Notes under the pieces: model-generated
What the model was told of the DNA's origin: nothing
The model's database searches: none
Seen by the model: only the letters and a program-made list of their open reading frames with translations
Translations under genes and position numbers: made by a program
Assembly (NCBI GenBank): GCA_011109175.1
Contig: RDEW01000023.1
Span: forward strand, 407,225 to 471,224
Direction: 5' to 3'
Source of the DNA: Dicyema japonicum
Lineage: Eukaryota > Animalia > Dicyemida
DNA: 64,000 bases
Shown: positions 40,200 to 55,978 of the stretch, in pieces
Layout of the letters: each line of letters opens with the position of its first letter
How positions within the stretch are numbered: position 1 is the first letter of the stretch

Positions 40200-41760
40200 T
40201 TGGCAACCATCTCAAAACGAAGAGTAACTCCGGTCTAAAAATAATTCTTTTCAGCAAGAAGAATGGCACATCTGAATCAAAGATATTCAACCTCTCAATT
40301 TGAGACCATAACAAAGAATCCTACGAGGAAAGAGCACTCCTCAGAGAACTCTCATCACAAAAACATTCTATGGATGAATCCGCTAATAAAATTATCAATG
40401 CGATCATTCAAAAGGCTGGACAATGTATTTATTCCTCTCTCATCATATACGAATTTTTTATCTACCCTCAACTCTCGCACACCTACATTCATAAAACGAA
40501 CAAACTTTGTGAAACGATGCCATCCGATGGATTTGAAGACTTTAAAAACCATCAGAGAACTCAATAAAAACATCAGTCTGAGCATAAGAGAAACAGGATC
40601 AGATATGACAACATTTGTTCAACTGTCTCAACAGAAAAAGTTCATCCCGTCAATTCTGAAAAACTCTAAAACAGATTAAATCAGGGTTGGAAGATGCAAA
40701 CGCCACCGGGAAGCTTTCTCCAGAATACACGGTTCATATACATTCTAGCATGTTTATGAAACATTACGTTGCGATTAGTTTCAAAGCATTTTTGAGACAC
40801 GTGGAAATCAAGGTGCACATAAACCGAAGATGGAACCGTATCAAAAACTATTTTCAGATAAACAGGTCTCAGATGTTATCATCGAATTAAAGAGCTCACA
40901 TACCTACAGCCCTGACAAATTATCTTCAATTTATCTAAAACACTACGCCGCTATGCAATTGGCTACCTAACGCAAAGAAAACTTTAACCTGTCTTTAAAC
41001 TGCAATATTATCCCCAAGATATAAAAACAATAACGATAACAAGCATTTATTGCTGACTGCTTTAATGCCACTCCACCTCACATGCGTACAACGACGGTCT
41101 CAATTGACATTAACAAAGCATTCGATACAGTTCCAAGAAAACTTCTCACTGGGAAGATTTTTTGCTTCAAATTACATCCAAACTTGAAGCTGTGGTTGGC
41201 CAACTTTTTTTTGAAGACGTGGAAGAGTTATCTGTGGGCATCTCATATCAAAATTACGATTACTACCAAGCGAAATGCCTGTGGGCTCTCCGATCTCTCC
41301 GAATCTTTTTAACCTATTCCTTACGACTTACCAACTTACAGGGACAACAGGCTGTTGAATTTCAACTTCCATGTGAAGCAAATCTTCATCAAAGGCCTCC
41401 AAAAGATGAACGTTGTGCGTGCACTTGCTCAGAGGACCCCTTTAAATTTGGATGACTCTATTGAAACACTCTACCAGCAAACCATCGCCCCGACTGGAGC
41501 ATTACTCTGATGCGTGGAGATTTGCGCTATCGGCGACTACGCTTCACATATTCATCTCAATTTACCGAACAACAATTCGTATGTTGGAAACTCATACTAG
41601 ATCATCAGTCATTCCCTTACTCACGGAAGCTACGACACGTAGTTGTGGATCCGTGAGGACGACGGAAACCCGCTTCGCCTTTCTATATTCAAGTAAAAAG
41701 AAATTCGATTATTACAAAAATTCCCATTTCCATCGGATTATTATGAGAAAGCTTTTTCGT
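40200..41760 (+). mobile_element. Decayed Vingi-like LINE
   Basis: IDINKAFDTVPRK, HPNLKLWLANF, TLYQQTIAP; homologous to 59000-61050. Confidence 0.75.
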
Positions 41761-41840
41761 ACGGTAGTGATGACAATGGAAAACCATAGAAGTTGTGTTG
41801 CAGTTGATTGCTGTAAAATTTTAATGCTCTGACGAACAAC

Positions 41841-42172
41841 TAATAATAATAATAATAACAGCTTTTTCACGAGAGCCATAATATTTATAGCTCCGCATAA
41901 GCAGGACACACACTTTATTTAAGTAAAGAACAGTTAATTTTGACTAATCGTAGAACCAAGGAATGATCTTCACTTCTTTTTTTCTTTTTTTGTGTGTGGG
42001 TCCTTTCTAGACAATCCAGTTCCGCAATGAGTATCCACTGATGACGGCGTCACTCGTCAAACCTTTTTACCATCGTAGATGCGTGGAACCTTCTACCAGG
42101 TGAACAGCAGCGAGAATCGAACCCGTAACCTAAGTCACTTTAGCATGACACCTAACCACTATTCCACCCGGC
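41841..42172 (-). mobile_element. Full-length tRNA-derived SINE (family S), ~330 bp
   Basis: A box TGGAATAGTGG, B box GGTTCGATTCT, conserved core, 3' hairpin, (TTA)n tail. Confidence 0.9.
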
Positions 42173-42179
42173 TGAGGAA

Positions 42180-42586
42180 GTGATATTGTTCGAAAAAATA
42201 AATTCTGTTTTAATAGGATATAGAACGGGATATTTTATATTTCCCGAAATTACGTCAGTATTCAGAAAAAAATAATTAAGTTTTAAATAAAACTTATTTT
42301 AAAAATGCTCTCTCGTATATGAGAGAATATTTTAAAGATTGGTTTAAAATTAATGTTTAAATATAGGTTTCAGGATTTTAGAAAAGAAAAGGCAACTCTA
42401 TCGTTCGTTATAAATCCTCTATGTGGTAAAGTGAGCACTTTGAATTTATTGCCATTTGAAATTAACGCAGCTGAGTTCGAAATGCAACTATTGGACTTGA
42501 CATGTAAAGATTTATGGGCGTCAGAATTTATTCGTTTTTCTGAAAAACTTGAAAATCTGAACCAGATGCCAATGTTTTCTTCATGA
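42180..42586 (+). mobile_element. hAT transposase C-terminal fragment
   Basis: YFPKL..RFQDF..FVINP..FEMQLLDL. Confidence 0.65.
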
Positions 42587-42589
42587 CTT

Positions 42590-43000
42590 TCAGATCGTTT
42601 TGTAAAACGACCGGGAGGGATGTTCTCCAAAAAGTCTCCAACGAGAGTTAATGATCTCAAGACTTAATGGTGTATAGTCACACTTATTGTACAGTCCTTT
42701 CCGCAGATCTTGGATAACCAGGACATTCCAGTTATGTTTCTTAGATGATTCTTGTGAAACGAGTATTGCCTCTCCAATTCCTCTTTTGAGGTGCCCCAGG
42801 TCCCAGAGTTGTATAGGAGGATTGGTTTGATAAAGTTGTCATATAACATTATCCTTTGTTTTATGTTATTCCTTTTTCTGTTTTAGTCATAGGTTTTTCA
42901 ACCTATGTAATGCCGCGTTTGCCATAGCATTTTTCCGTATGATATCTTCACTATCTCCTAATAGGAAGCCAAGCTTCTTTGTGTTTCTCCATTTCTTTTC
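42590..43000 (-). mobile_element. RTE-like LINE fragment
   Basis: KKLGFLLGDSED, LYDNFIKPILLYNSGTWG. Confidence 0.7.
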
Positions 43001-44850
43001 GAGTGAGGGACGCAATTTGGTAGAGGACGGGACCTCGATCTTGCATGGCCAATACAGACACGTCTTCTTCTTCCGGAAAGAAATTTGGCTATCCATCTTT
43101 TCAAAACCGGATGAATGGTGGTGTCAAAAACCATTTTTGTGAGTAATGTTTTCGGGACAGAATCGAACGCCTTCTGGATGTCCAGAGAGAACAATATTGT
43201 CGTAGATGGCGTTTTGGTTCGTTGAACTCTTCTGATATAAATTCAGACAGTTAAGTCAAATGAGTCGTAGTTGAGCGCTCACATTTGAAACAATGTTGAA
43301 AGGGCAGTCGGGCAAATGAAGTTTAATTTTCCAGAGTACGAGTTTCTCTATTAGGCGCGATAATGCGCACGTAAATGAAATTGGACGGTAGGAAGAGTTA
43401 AGGTTTTCCTGGTTTGAGGGCATTATAAGTGAGTTCTTCCATTTGTATTGGAATACGTTTTTGTTAGAAGACAAATTAAAAATTAACGTAATCGAATTGA
43501 TTGCAACATTACCAAAGTGTTTTAGCAAAATTCCCGTAGTATCGTCAGGACCACACGTATAAAATCTCTTCATCGATCTTATAGCCTGTGTAACCTCGGC
43601 ATGCGTAAATAAATCGATCCACGACGTTGGTTTAGGAATTAAATTCCGAAGGTGACAAGAATGAGTTTTCGAGAAGTCCTTGTGATTTGTGTCCAATAGA
43701 TGATAATAGGGGGTTCCACACCCTATCTTTCTTTTCTCTGATGAGTTTTTTAATTCTCTGATTTAAGCATTTTATATTTCTTAAATCAGAAGAGGTTTGC
43801 TTACGATTCATCTTCAGGGAGTTTCTTTGTTTGACGAGGAGGGGAGTCTCAGAGTCCAGAGTAGGCTTGTAGGATTTATAAACTGCACGTGGTACAAAAC
43901 AACTTTTCAGCTAAAAGCTTGAAATTCGCCCAGTCAGCTTTCTTGTAGACCTTGAAATTTGCTTTCTTTAATTCGACGTGAGTTATTAAATCGGCTCAGT
44001 TTTAATATAATCGGATTATGATAACTATGAAATCGTAGAAATCTTCGGGGCAATCCTAGAGGAAGCAAAGGATATGTCGGGGGAGGTTGGGTTGTCACTT
44101 CTTCGGACTGGTGTCTTTGTGAAGATGTTCGGGTGATTTAGAAATCACCATTTTTTCGAAAGAGTAGATAATTAAACTCCCATCTTTAGTCTGCCGACTG
44201 GGTACTGAACCATTGGGGATGTTTGGCGTTGAAATCCCTACATAGCAACACATTTCGAATTTCTTGTAGTTTGTCGAGCTTCGGAACATAGTTATTAGGG
44301 CAGGATCCCGACGGTGGAATGTAAATGTTGATTAGAATAAGATGTTCTGACTTATTAATAAAATCAATATAAATTTGTTCCGCGGTCCTGTCGTGTAGAA
44401 TTAAATCACACAATTGCGACCTCACATCGTGGAAGGATAAACCGTTTTTAATAATGGTAAGCCGCCACCACGTCCAATACGGTCTTTTCTGATAGAGATG
44501 TATCCAGGGAAAAGTGGGGTTGTACTCTTTATAGAAAGTTTTGACTCCTGGATAAGGCAAATGTCAATCTTGTGATTCGATAATAGACATCGTAACTCCA
44601 GAATCTTTGTTTCTATACTGTTAGCATTGGGTTGCATAATAACAAGGGGTTATGGTCCATGGTTTTGTTCAATATCTCCAGGAGGCAGTAGAATCCAGGA
44701 AAACAAACAACATCTCGGTTTTCCAGTTGAGATATACAATCTAGGCATACGAGGAGTCTTCTTGGGGAAGAGAAAATGGTTCTTTTTGGTGAAATTCGAC
44801 ACTGACCGCCACCATAAAAGGTGAATCACATGACTCCACGCTAACATAAT
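43000..44850 (-). mobile_element. Vingi-like LINE, 5' half, with degenerate 2A motif
   Basis: GDIEQNHGP directly before APE (NANSI..IQESKL..DFNAKH), CGPD, YRPIS, DIQKAFDSV. Confidence 0.8.
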
Positions 44851-45031
44851 TTATCCAAGAATCTGTTTCTAGTGAGAAATAAAATCATGTCAATTATGTC
44901 GACGGGAATCAATAGTTAGAATTAATGAATGCTCTTTATTAAAATAAAATATATATAACCAAATTTAATTAGTCATCAAATAAATTGAGTGCAATTCAAA
45001 TTTTAAATATCTAAGCAACGTAGAGTAAATA

Positions 45032-47102
45032 ATGCAAGTTGTATCAATTAAAAAGAATAATTATGAAAATTTTGAAGAAAATTTTCCACAAATTTTCACT
45101 CGTTCTGAAACGTATAATTTTAAGGAAAATTTAATAAATCGAAATATTTTGTTAGAAAATTTAGAAAATAAAACTGAAATCAATGCTAAAATTGCAATTT
45201 CTTGTTCAACTAAATTAAATTTTTACACTCAGAAAACAATCCGAAATGTCAGCAACTTTTTTCAAGAACACGGTTTTTCAAGAATGTTTTGGAATGAACA
45301 AGACGAAGCTCTAAAATTTAGCATTTACCGTCTCTCTTTAAGATTGAAAATATTAGAAAAAAGTAAAATAGTGCTCATTTTTCTAACAAAAGATTATTTC
45401 ACAAATTTATATTCTTTTTTGGAATCGAAATTGATTCTTTATAGAAAAAACAAAACTCTCATTTTGATTGAAACTGAAAATTTCAGCAAGGAAAATATAT
45501 TTTTCAAAAACTTAAAAAATATTTCTTCCTGTATTATCGACTTTTTACCAGAAAGCAAGAAAACAATATTTGAACTAACAGAAGAGGATTAAAAAGCTAA
45601 TTATGGAATATGAGATTCCAGGAGATTTTTCGTACAAATTACGTGACATTGAAGATGAAAAATCATTTAATACTAAAATTATTGAACTTTGGACCAATAA
45701 AGATGTTATAGAATGGATGACAACAATTAATATCTCAAATGATATAATTTCAACTTTTAAGAAAGAAATATTGACGGGAATTTACTAATTTCACTCACAG
45801 AGTCTGATCTTACTAATCATTTGGACATAAAACTAAATCAAACAAGGTTTAAAAATATGTTTGACAATATTGTAGAAAAAGAATTTTATGTTCTCGCGAG
45901 AGTTTGTTGAAATTAAAAAACCCAAATAAAAAAGAGACAGAAAACAGAGTTTTCAAGAATAGCTTTGTTTACATTATTTATGACAGTTCTGATGATGAAA
46001 TTTATAAGCAAATGACATCAATTTTAGAAGAATCAGGATACAATGTAAATTTTCTTATAATTCTTAAAAAGATAATATCATCACAAGACATCAAACAGTC
46101 AAGTTCAAATGTTGATGAAAAAATTACAAAATTTATTAATCAATCAGCGTTGATAGTTCTTATTTTGACAAACAACTTCATTGAAAGACAGGATTCCATA
46201 AATATAATTTGCTTTGCTATCGAAAAAAATAAAAAAATTGTCAGTGCAATTTGCGAAAATCATCTCAAAGGATTCCATAAAATTTTACTTGTTCTTTTAA
46301 GTTTAAAATGAAAATAAAATTTAGGCAAGACTATTTTAATTGATTTTACGTTTTATTTGATCAACATTTCACAAGAAAAACTTGTAAGAATTAAAAAACT
46401 ACTAAATTACATTGTAATTCGAAGAAAGGTTGAAAATTGGAGTGAAAATTACAAGGAGATAATAAATTTGAATCAGTATTTATTTGGTTTGTCAGATATT
46501 GATAAAATAGAAAACTGTGAAAATTCTCGAAAAAAGATTTTTGACGTTATTTTATTTTTTCATTGGGATTCTCGTTCAGAAGCAAATTTGATTGAAATTT
46601 TATTGCAGAAAAATAAAATTTCGTGTTGGAGTGAATTAAATTTTAATGTTGAAAATAAATTAAATCAAACCCAATTTCAGAACATTTATCAGTTTATTTT
46701 ATATTTAATTTAGTGAAAATTTTTTAATCCATATCGTTGCTTACAAAATAACATTGAATCTGCACTGATCAATTCCTCCACCGTGATATTTTTGATATCG
46801 TCGAATTATACTTGCGGACATAATTTTAAAAAAGATTTAAATTTGGCAGTTAAATTAAATAAACGGATTATTTTCGTATTAATTGAAGTTTGCATTTGGC
46901 CTCCATTATTTGCTACAAATATGGTTTGATTATTAAAAATTTTCAGATGAGAAAAATTATCAAAATTAATCTGACGGTTGATATGAGCAGCGATTCCATG
47001 TGTCAAATAAACCGTAATTTGCCCATCATTGAACATATTAAGCGAAGTGTAACAACAAAAAATTCTAAACTTAAATTTAATCGATTGGCAACCACAATAT
47101 AA
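45032..47102 (+). CDS. Multi-TIR protein, TIR-SAM-TIR-TIR, with micro-introns
   Basis: TIR1 IAIS..SKIVLIFLTKDYF..SFLE; SAM WTNKDVIEWM..F..(N)IDGNLLISLTESDL; TIR2 VYIIY..SALIVLILTNNF; TIR3 FDVILFFHWD..SSTVIFLISSNY..LNKRIIFVLIE..WPP; 2-3 single-base frameshifts. Confidence 0.75.
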
Positions 47103-47191
47103 AATTAATCGACTTTATGACAATAATAACAGAATAATCGTTTTAAATATTTATTGTTATTATAACAAAGAAACATCCATTAGTCAAATTA

Positions 47192-49157
<1,966 letters not shown>

Positions 49158-49214
49158 TTGTTAATAATGTTGTATTAATTTTAAACAATTTATTAATGTT
49201 TATAATTTAATTAA

Positions 49215-51621
49215 CCCACTTTATTTAACAAACAATAAAAAATTAATATATTTAATAATCAACAACCTTCCTCGCCTGCCTGTTCGCCAGCATCCTCAGG
49301 CAGGTTCGATTCTGGTTGCTGAAACAACTCCGAGAGCGCTTGTCAATTTAACCCTCTGCCCATATGGCATCTCAGGGCTCTGCCTCCTATACTCCAGTGT
49401 CAGGCTCTCTAGGGTCCGCTTTAATACAGTGGACTGTAGATAGGCCTGGAGCTTCCTATTTACCCCCAACTGCTTCAGATAACCCTTGTGGTACTTTGTT
49501 GCAATTCCTTCTCACGTCATTACTATATGAATAACGAGGACCATGCAACCAAGCATCTGCCCCATCTCGTTTGCAAGAAAGTCATACTTCCTTTTTTTCT
49601 CCACCTCCACAGTCTGCAAACGGTCTTGAGACGTGATGCCAACCTCTATGATAAGGACTTGGCCAGACTCCTTATCGTGTACCACAATGTCCGGTTTATT
49701 GTGCTTGACTAGCACCGAGGTACGGATAACACTGTCTACCTTAATTTGGACCCTGGTGTTCTCTACTACAGATTGCACCTTATGAGTCCGCAACTTTCTG
49801 GTGTGGCGAATACCATACTTATTGCATAGTAGAAGATGAAGACTCCTTACTACCTCGTTGTGCCTCCACACATAGTCGTGGCAGAGCATGGATCCACATC
49901 GAGTGGCTAAATGATCAACCGACATGCTCCTTGACTTACAGTGGGGACATGTATTTGTTGATCGACCCCAAAAAATATTGCGGTCTTGCATATACGTGTA
50001 CAACGCCTCCGATCGAGGTGAGTTGTCACCGTATTTTAGCCATATTGTCGACGACTTAAGGTCGACATGTGGGTTGTCCAATGCTCTGAAGAGGACCTTA
50101 TGAAGGCTTTTTAAGTTGATCTTTTCCATCAAATTATTATATTGTAATTCGATCAACGCCTTCACATTTACTAGCCCACCATCATCAACACCATACTTAG
50201 CAGACAAAAAAGGTCTGATAGTGCCTAGGTGGGTTGCCCGTGTTTTCTCGGTCGTTATTATGGCGTGCTTCCTAGCAGACACACTTGACCCAGCTATCAG
50301 GGTGTCGTGCATTCGCATTAGGATACGCTCACTTAGTTGGACTACTCCACACAGTCCACGGCCGAATTTATCACGGGGTAAATATAGTCTCTCCTTATTG
50401 GCTGCCACACATGGACATGGTTCTCTCTGAGTACTCCACGGATCATAACATCCATCTCATCATACTCTTTGGGCTCAAACTCCACAACACCTATGTAGTA
50501 GTTTAGCAGCGAGACAGCATACTCATTTAATGCTAGGAACAAATTCCTTGCATTTAGAGACGTCTTACACAATAACGCTGCTCTTTTACGGATGCCTTCA
50601 GTAATTTGTCGCTTTGTCTCAGGCATTATAAGGGACTTTGGAGATTCGGTAACACCCAGATACTTATATCCTTCGTGTTCCTCTAGGACTCTTACTAACT
50701 CGCTACATACTTGCGTGTTAGTCGCAGACTTTGAATAATTCAAATCTAGCCCTATACTCTCAAAGAATTCCCTGGCACAGACCCCCATGGAGTAGAGCTC
50801 CTCGGCTGTTCGAGCATACATCTTCAAGTCATCGATAAAAAGAAGGTGATTTGTACTGAAACAGACCCCTTCACAATGAACTGGTATTTGCTCAAACCGG
50901 TCATTGAGGCGGCGACTCAATGGCTCCAAACAGAGAACAAAGAGTAGCGGAGACATGCTATCCCCCTGAAGGATCCCCTCTTGAGTTTTACCTCGCCTAT
51001 CCGGTGCCTATTATAGTTCAGATGAATACTCCACCTATTCATCACAGCCACTACAAAGCTGATGAACCACACAGGCATACACAGACTGTGTAGGCACTCG
51101 ACAAGGTAAGAATGATCAACTGAATCGTAAGCCTTCTTCACATCCACCCACATAGACAAAAGTGAGTTTCCGTGAGACACAGAAAGGCATTTGTTGATCA
51201 AAGCCTGCTCTTTTGCCCCTGACAATTTCGCACAGTACCCAACTGATTCTCGGAGAAAATCCCATTTGCTTCTACAAAGCTCCTGACCTCATTAGCCACC
51301 AATTTGGTCATCAGCTTATACAGGGTTGGCATGCAGGTTATCGGTCGATAATCTGCAGCAGACTGGGGTTGTCCAGCTTTGGGATCAAATAAGTTGTTCC
51401 TGTGCATGCCCAATCAGGAATCGTTTCCGGGTTAGTGATGCTTTTCTGTAATACACGACACATAGACTCGTGCAATGAAGTGCATCTTTTGATAAAGAAA
51501 TTATAAACTTTATCGACCCCGGTCGTTTCCAATCAGGGAGATGTCTCACTACCGCCTCAAATTTCTTGCGAAAATCGAAAATTCCGCAAGATTCCGCCAA
51601 GAAAGGAGCGGCGCTGTACGG
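49215..51621 (-). mobile_element. 5'-truncated copy of R4-like family A
   Basis: Near identical to 17270-19683; TSD TATTAATGTTTATAATT at 49191-49207 and 51622-51638. Confidence 0.95.
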
Positions 51622-52099
51622 TATTAATGTTTATAATTATTTTTATTAAAATTTGATTCTTCATCTAAATAAGTAAATTTAAGTAAGCTATTATAAAGCA
51701 AACACTGCAAATAAAGTGATGGGGGAAGTAATATGAAACAGTATTTAAGGTCAGAGGAAGTTTTGTCTGTGGTCTGCTCAAAAAATGGACCGGTTCTTAG
51801 GAAGTATAATTCCCTTATATCATTTGAGGGAACAGCAGGATCCATCCCAAATAATTGACACAGTAGTTGAAAGGGATCTTCCTACCTCTGCCTGACCAAA
51901 TCTTCCGAAAATTACATTATGAAAACTATTCCGCCAAGAATGAAGGTATGTCCGAGACGGTAGGACGTGTGATGAAAATGGAAGAGAGTGGACCAATTTT
52001 TTTACCTCTCTTCTGAAGTGGAAGCCTGTAATGTACAATTGGAAGATGGATTTGGTCGGCACAAGCAGATGTTCTCCATTGGGTTCCTTCCTTGAATTA

Positions 52100-53355
52100 T
52101 TATTATTTTAAACCCCCAAAACCACAAGAAAGAAAATGTTAACTCACTAATTATGTGATCCCAGCCTCCAACATCTCTCTAATTCTCTTCGAATGCACCT
52201 CCAGTGATCCAACTGCGTACCCGAAGTGTCTTCTTTTATGTCTGTAGAGGAATTCTATCGGATTGCACTTTTTTAATGCCGATCTGAATTCTTCGCATGA
52301 ACCGCCCTCTCTCTGAATGAATTTCCTAGCTCCATGCACATACATAGGAAACCCTGGCCATTTCTTACCGTCACCTTTTCTGAAAGGAGACTAGGGATGG
52401 ATATGGTGTCTGATTGCATATGCCGCATGATCTTCCGTCTGAGAGAGTTCATACGCTCGACCCTCGTAGAGAGAATATCGAATCTCTTAGAAGAACAGGC
52501 ATATTCAATTGTCGGCACAATAACTTGAAGATATAATTTGCTGATACAAGCAGTAGGTGGGAAGGGCTTTTCTTAAAGATGGCTTTTAAGACGTTCCACT
52601 TTCGAAGACCCTTGGTTAACACTTCCTCCGTGTGACTGGAGAACGTCATTAGAGAGTAGAATGTCACTCCAAGGATCTTCTAGATTCGAGTATAAGGATG
52701 GGAATGTTTCCGAGAATATCTCAAGTTACTTTTAAATCTTCTGTCAGTAGTAAATAGGGTGAACTGAGACATGGATGCAGACACGGATAGCAAATTCATA
52801 GATAGCCAGTCTCACACCTGTTGAGGTGTGACTGAACCACCGCCACACCCCTAAGGGAGATTTGTCCCTTGCAGCGATAACCAGGTCGTCCGCATAAGAT
52901 AAAAACATAGTGTCCTGATCATTGATAGTAGGTAAATCGTGTAGAAATAAGTTAAACAAGAAAGAAAACAGAGCCTTGTGGGACCCCATTATGGAGTAGT
53001 CTTGATTTTGAAGTATTTTTTCCAATCCGGACTCTTCCGCGTCGGCCATTTAAGAAATTTTCCAGCCATAGCATGATGTTCGGATGTAAATTTGAATTAA
53101 AAATCTTTTTTGTTAGGAGTGTCCTCGAACAGAGTCGAAGGCTTTCTGTATATCTATAGACACCAGAGCCCTCCTTAAATGCGTCTTCATGTTGAAACCG
53201 TCTGTGATGAACTGGAAAACAGATCCCAAATGCGTCGTTGTAGAACGGCCTGCTCTGAAGCCATGTGAAAATCAGGAAATTGTATAACAGGGTAGATTAA
53301 CATTAGTAAAAGCATCTCCAACACTTTTGACAGGGCGCAAGTTATGGAAACGGCG
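52100..53355 (-). mobile_element. Vingi-like LINE 3' half (another subfamily)
   Basis: LFNLFLHDLP, SYADDL, GGGGGTTTAAAATAATAA end. Confidence 0.75.
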
Positions 53356-53364
53356 GTAAGAGAA

Positions 53365-55300
53365 TTATTATTAATAGCAATGTCCGCGGAACCAGAAAAG
53401 TTAATTAATTTGAGATTCCACTTTTGCCATGCATCTCAGGATACGCGCTAAGTCGTAAGTCGTTTCCATTCTCCCTGATTCTTGTAACCACCCTCATATC
53501 ATCCAGATCCTTTCCCATTTTTAGATTTTTTCCTATGCAGATGAGTTCTTTGTCGAGCTTCCACGGCAATGTTGTTCTTTGTCGACCTCGATAAGTTGTT
53601 TTGTTAATATAGAGAAGCCATGGCCTGATTGGCTGGTGCCATTTCCGAAGCTCTTAGGACATGTCCAAAGAGCTGCCATTTCGCCGAGGTCATTTTATTC
53701 GTTATCTGTGATGTTTGAGTAATTATGTAGAGCTCGTCGTTGGTCATTCATTGGCCAGTAGATGCCCCAAAAGAAATCTTAGTTGTTTTCTGTAAAAAGA
53801 GTTGAGCTTTTCCAGTTCTTTGGTGGTTAGGCCCCAGGTCCCCGCGTTGTAAAGTAGAATTGGTTCGATAAAGGAGTTATACAACCGAATTAGAAGGCGA
53901 GTGCCTATGTATTTTCGCCGCATCCAGATCACCCACAATTTTTTGAAAGAAGCAACCGCCAGAACGTCTCTGTTGATAACGTCCTCCGAGTATTCGAGGA
54001 GAGATCCAACTTACTTGCATGTTCTCCACTTTTCCTCGTTTCTCGTCATTCAACGGATATGCTAGTTCTTTCCGTTTTCCAGATATAATTTGACTTGGGT
54101 TCAGAGAGTCATTCACAGGGCTTGAAATACGATCCAGCACACAAGTGAGAGTATTTTCCTTAACGTATTCATTAGTGTAATCGGACGTAGACTGTTTAGA
54201 TTTCCTCTTTCCTTTCCAGGTTTCTGAATTGAGATCAAAGTGTCATTCCCCGCATCAAATAAACCGTGACACTTAACGTCCTGTTCAGGACTGTGCAGAT
54301 TAACTCAGCCATTTTGTCTGGCGCGTATTTCAATAATTATGCACTCATGTTGTCCGGTCTAGGGACTCTCCCATTCTTGAGTTTACCAAGGCTGAAACGA
54401 CTTTGTAATGCGTGATGCTTTGATTCAGGTTTTCTGGAATTTCTTCGAACGGTTCCAAATGTTTTGGAATTTATTTGCTGATTTCTGGCCGTTGATTATT
54501 ACTTTTCCTGTATCATCGAAAACCACTATTCTTTTCAGTCTGGTATTGCGGGATAATTGTTTAACCGCAGCGAACATTCTTGCACCATGTTTGTATCGTT
54601 CGACGTCTTTTGCCAAGTTATCCAGTGTATGCCGGGATAGTTCCCTCACTCTTCTTTTTATTTGTATTTGATTCTGTTACGTTCTCTTTTAAAAGAATCA
54701 GTGAAGCCTGCCAAGTTTGAAGTCTCAATTAAGAGTCGGAATTTCCTTTGGTTTTTTGCCAATTCGTCTACTTCTATGTCAAAAGTTCCCTTGAACCTTC
54801 TTGGACGATTTCCCAGTACCATAGCAATTTGATTCGTCCCGCTTTTTCTTCACTTTGAAATTCCAGTCTTTCGCTATAAAGAGCATGTAGGAGTTGGACA
54901 GGGAGGAGTAAGCCGATGATAAGGACGATTAGAAATTGTCAAATTCCTCTGCGTTGGCGGATACCTTCACTGTGGTCGGTGCATATACATTGATAATCGA
55001 TAGAGTAGTATTACTGTTGTTTCCGAGGCGTAGTTGGAGGATAGCAATCCTGTCGTTGATACTCCATGCTCTATGAGCTACCACAGCTGCGTCCAAGCGT
55101 ATAGCGAACCCCATCCCATAATGTCGGCAGTCTGACAGCAATAGGAACAGTTGATACTCGTGCATTGTTTCATCTAGGCCATTGGGGACTTTAGTCTCTA
55201 GGAGGAGACAACATACAGATATTCCGTATTGTTGGGGTCCGCACATAGGTGTTGTCTTTTACGTATGATGTGAGTCCTCTTACATTGAGTCCAATAGAAA
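53365..55300 (-). mobile_element. Internally deleted RTE-like LINE
   Basis: INVYAPT, LRPITL, RLYNSFIEPILLYNAGTWG. Confidence 0.75.
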
Positions 55301-55730
55301 ACAGGTTACATTGAGTGCATGAAGAAGACATTTGTGCAAGAGAAACACGTCACCACCTCAATCCAAAAAAGAAGAGGATGGAATGTCTTGATTTTCCAAG
55401 CTTGAGAATTGGTGTAATCAGTGAATTCGTCCATATATTTGGTACTGTATGGAAATTTATAGAATAGTTGTATAGTCTCGATAACACCATATGCACCTGA
55501 GGTCCTAGGTGTTTGTGGTGAATAGCACAGACACCGTCGGGGCCACAAGCTCGGGTGGGTCGTAGAAATTTGATAGTCTTTTCGACATCATAGGGAATGA
55601 AGAATGCAGTATATGGAGTCTGTTGTAGACTAAATCGGTTGACATGCAGAGAGCGAGAGAAATTCTTGTGGCTGATCGACACATAATATTTCATAAAGTT
55701 ATTTGCAAGTTTCTGTGCATGTTCCGGGGC
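55300..55730 (-). mobile_element. Vingi-like RT N-terminal fragment
   Basis: RACGPDGV..KHLGP..PNIW..ITPILK. Confidence 0.65.
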
Positions 55731-55978
55731 AAGGGTAACGGTGTAAGCCTGGGGTTAATAATTAAAAAATTAAAATTATTTCCAAAGACCAAGGGTAACC
55801 AAACTAACTAACTCCTCGATCCTGACTCGTGCCAGCATTTTAGAACTTGTCACCAGGTAACGACGTCCCCGGGGAAGAATTGTTCGATCCTAATAATAAT
55901 TCACTTTAAAGTACAAAGAATAAATATATAAATAAAAGTTACAATATGTACTATTTTTAAAATATTTAAATCATTTAA

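Noticed and set aside
42036-42065. Hammerhead ribozyme suggested by CTGATGA in SINE copies
   Set aside because: No GAAA after stem II, and the motif lies antisense to the SINE
42105-42172. tRNA gene
   Set aside because: A and B boxes are present but there is no complete cloverleaf, and it continues into a repeated SINE body
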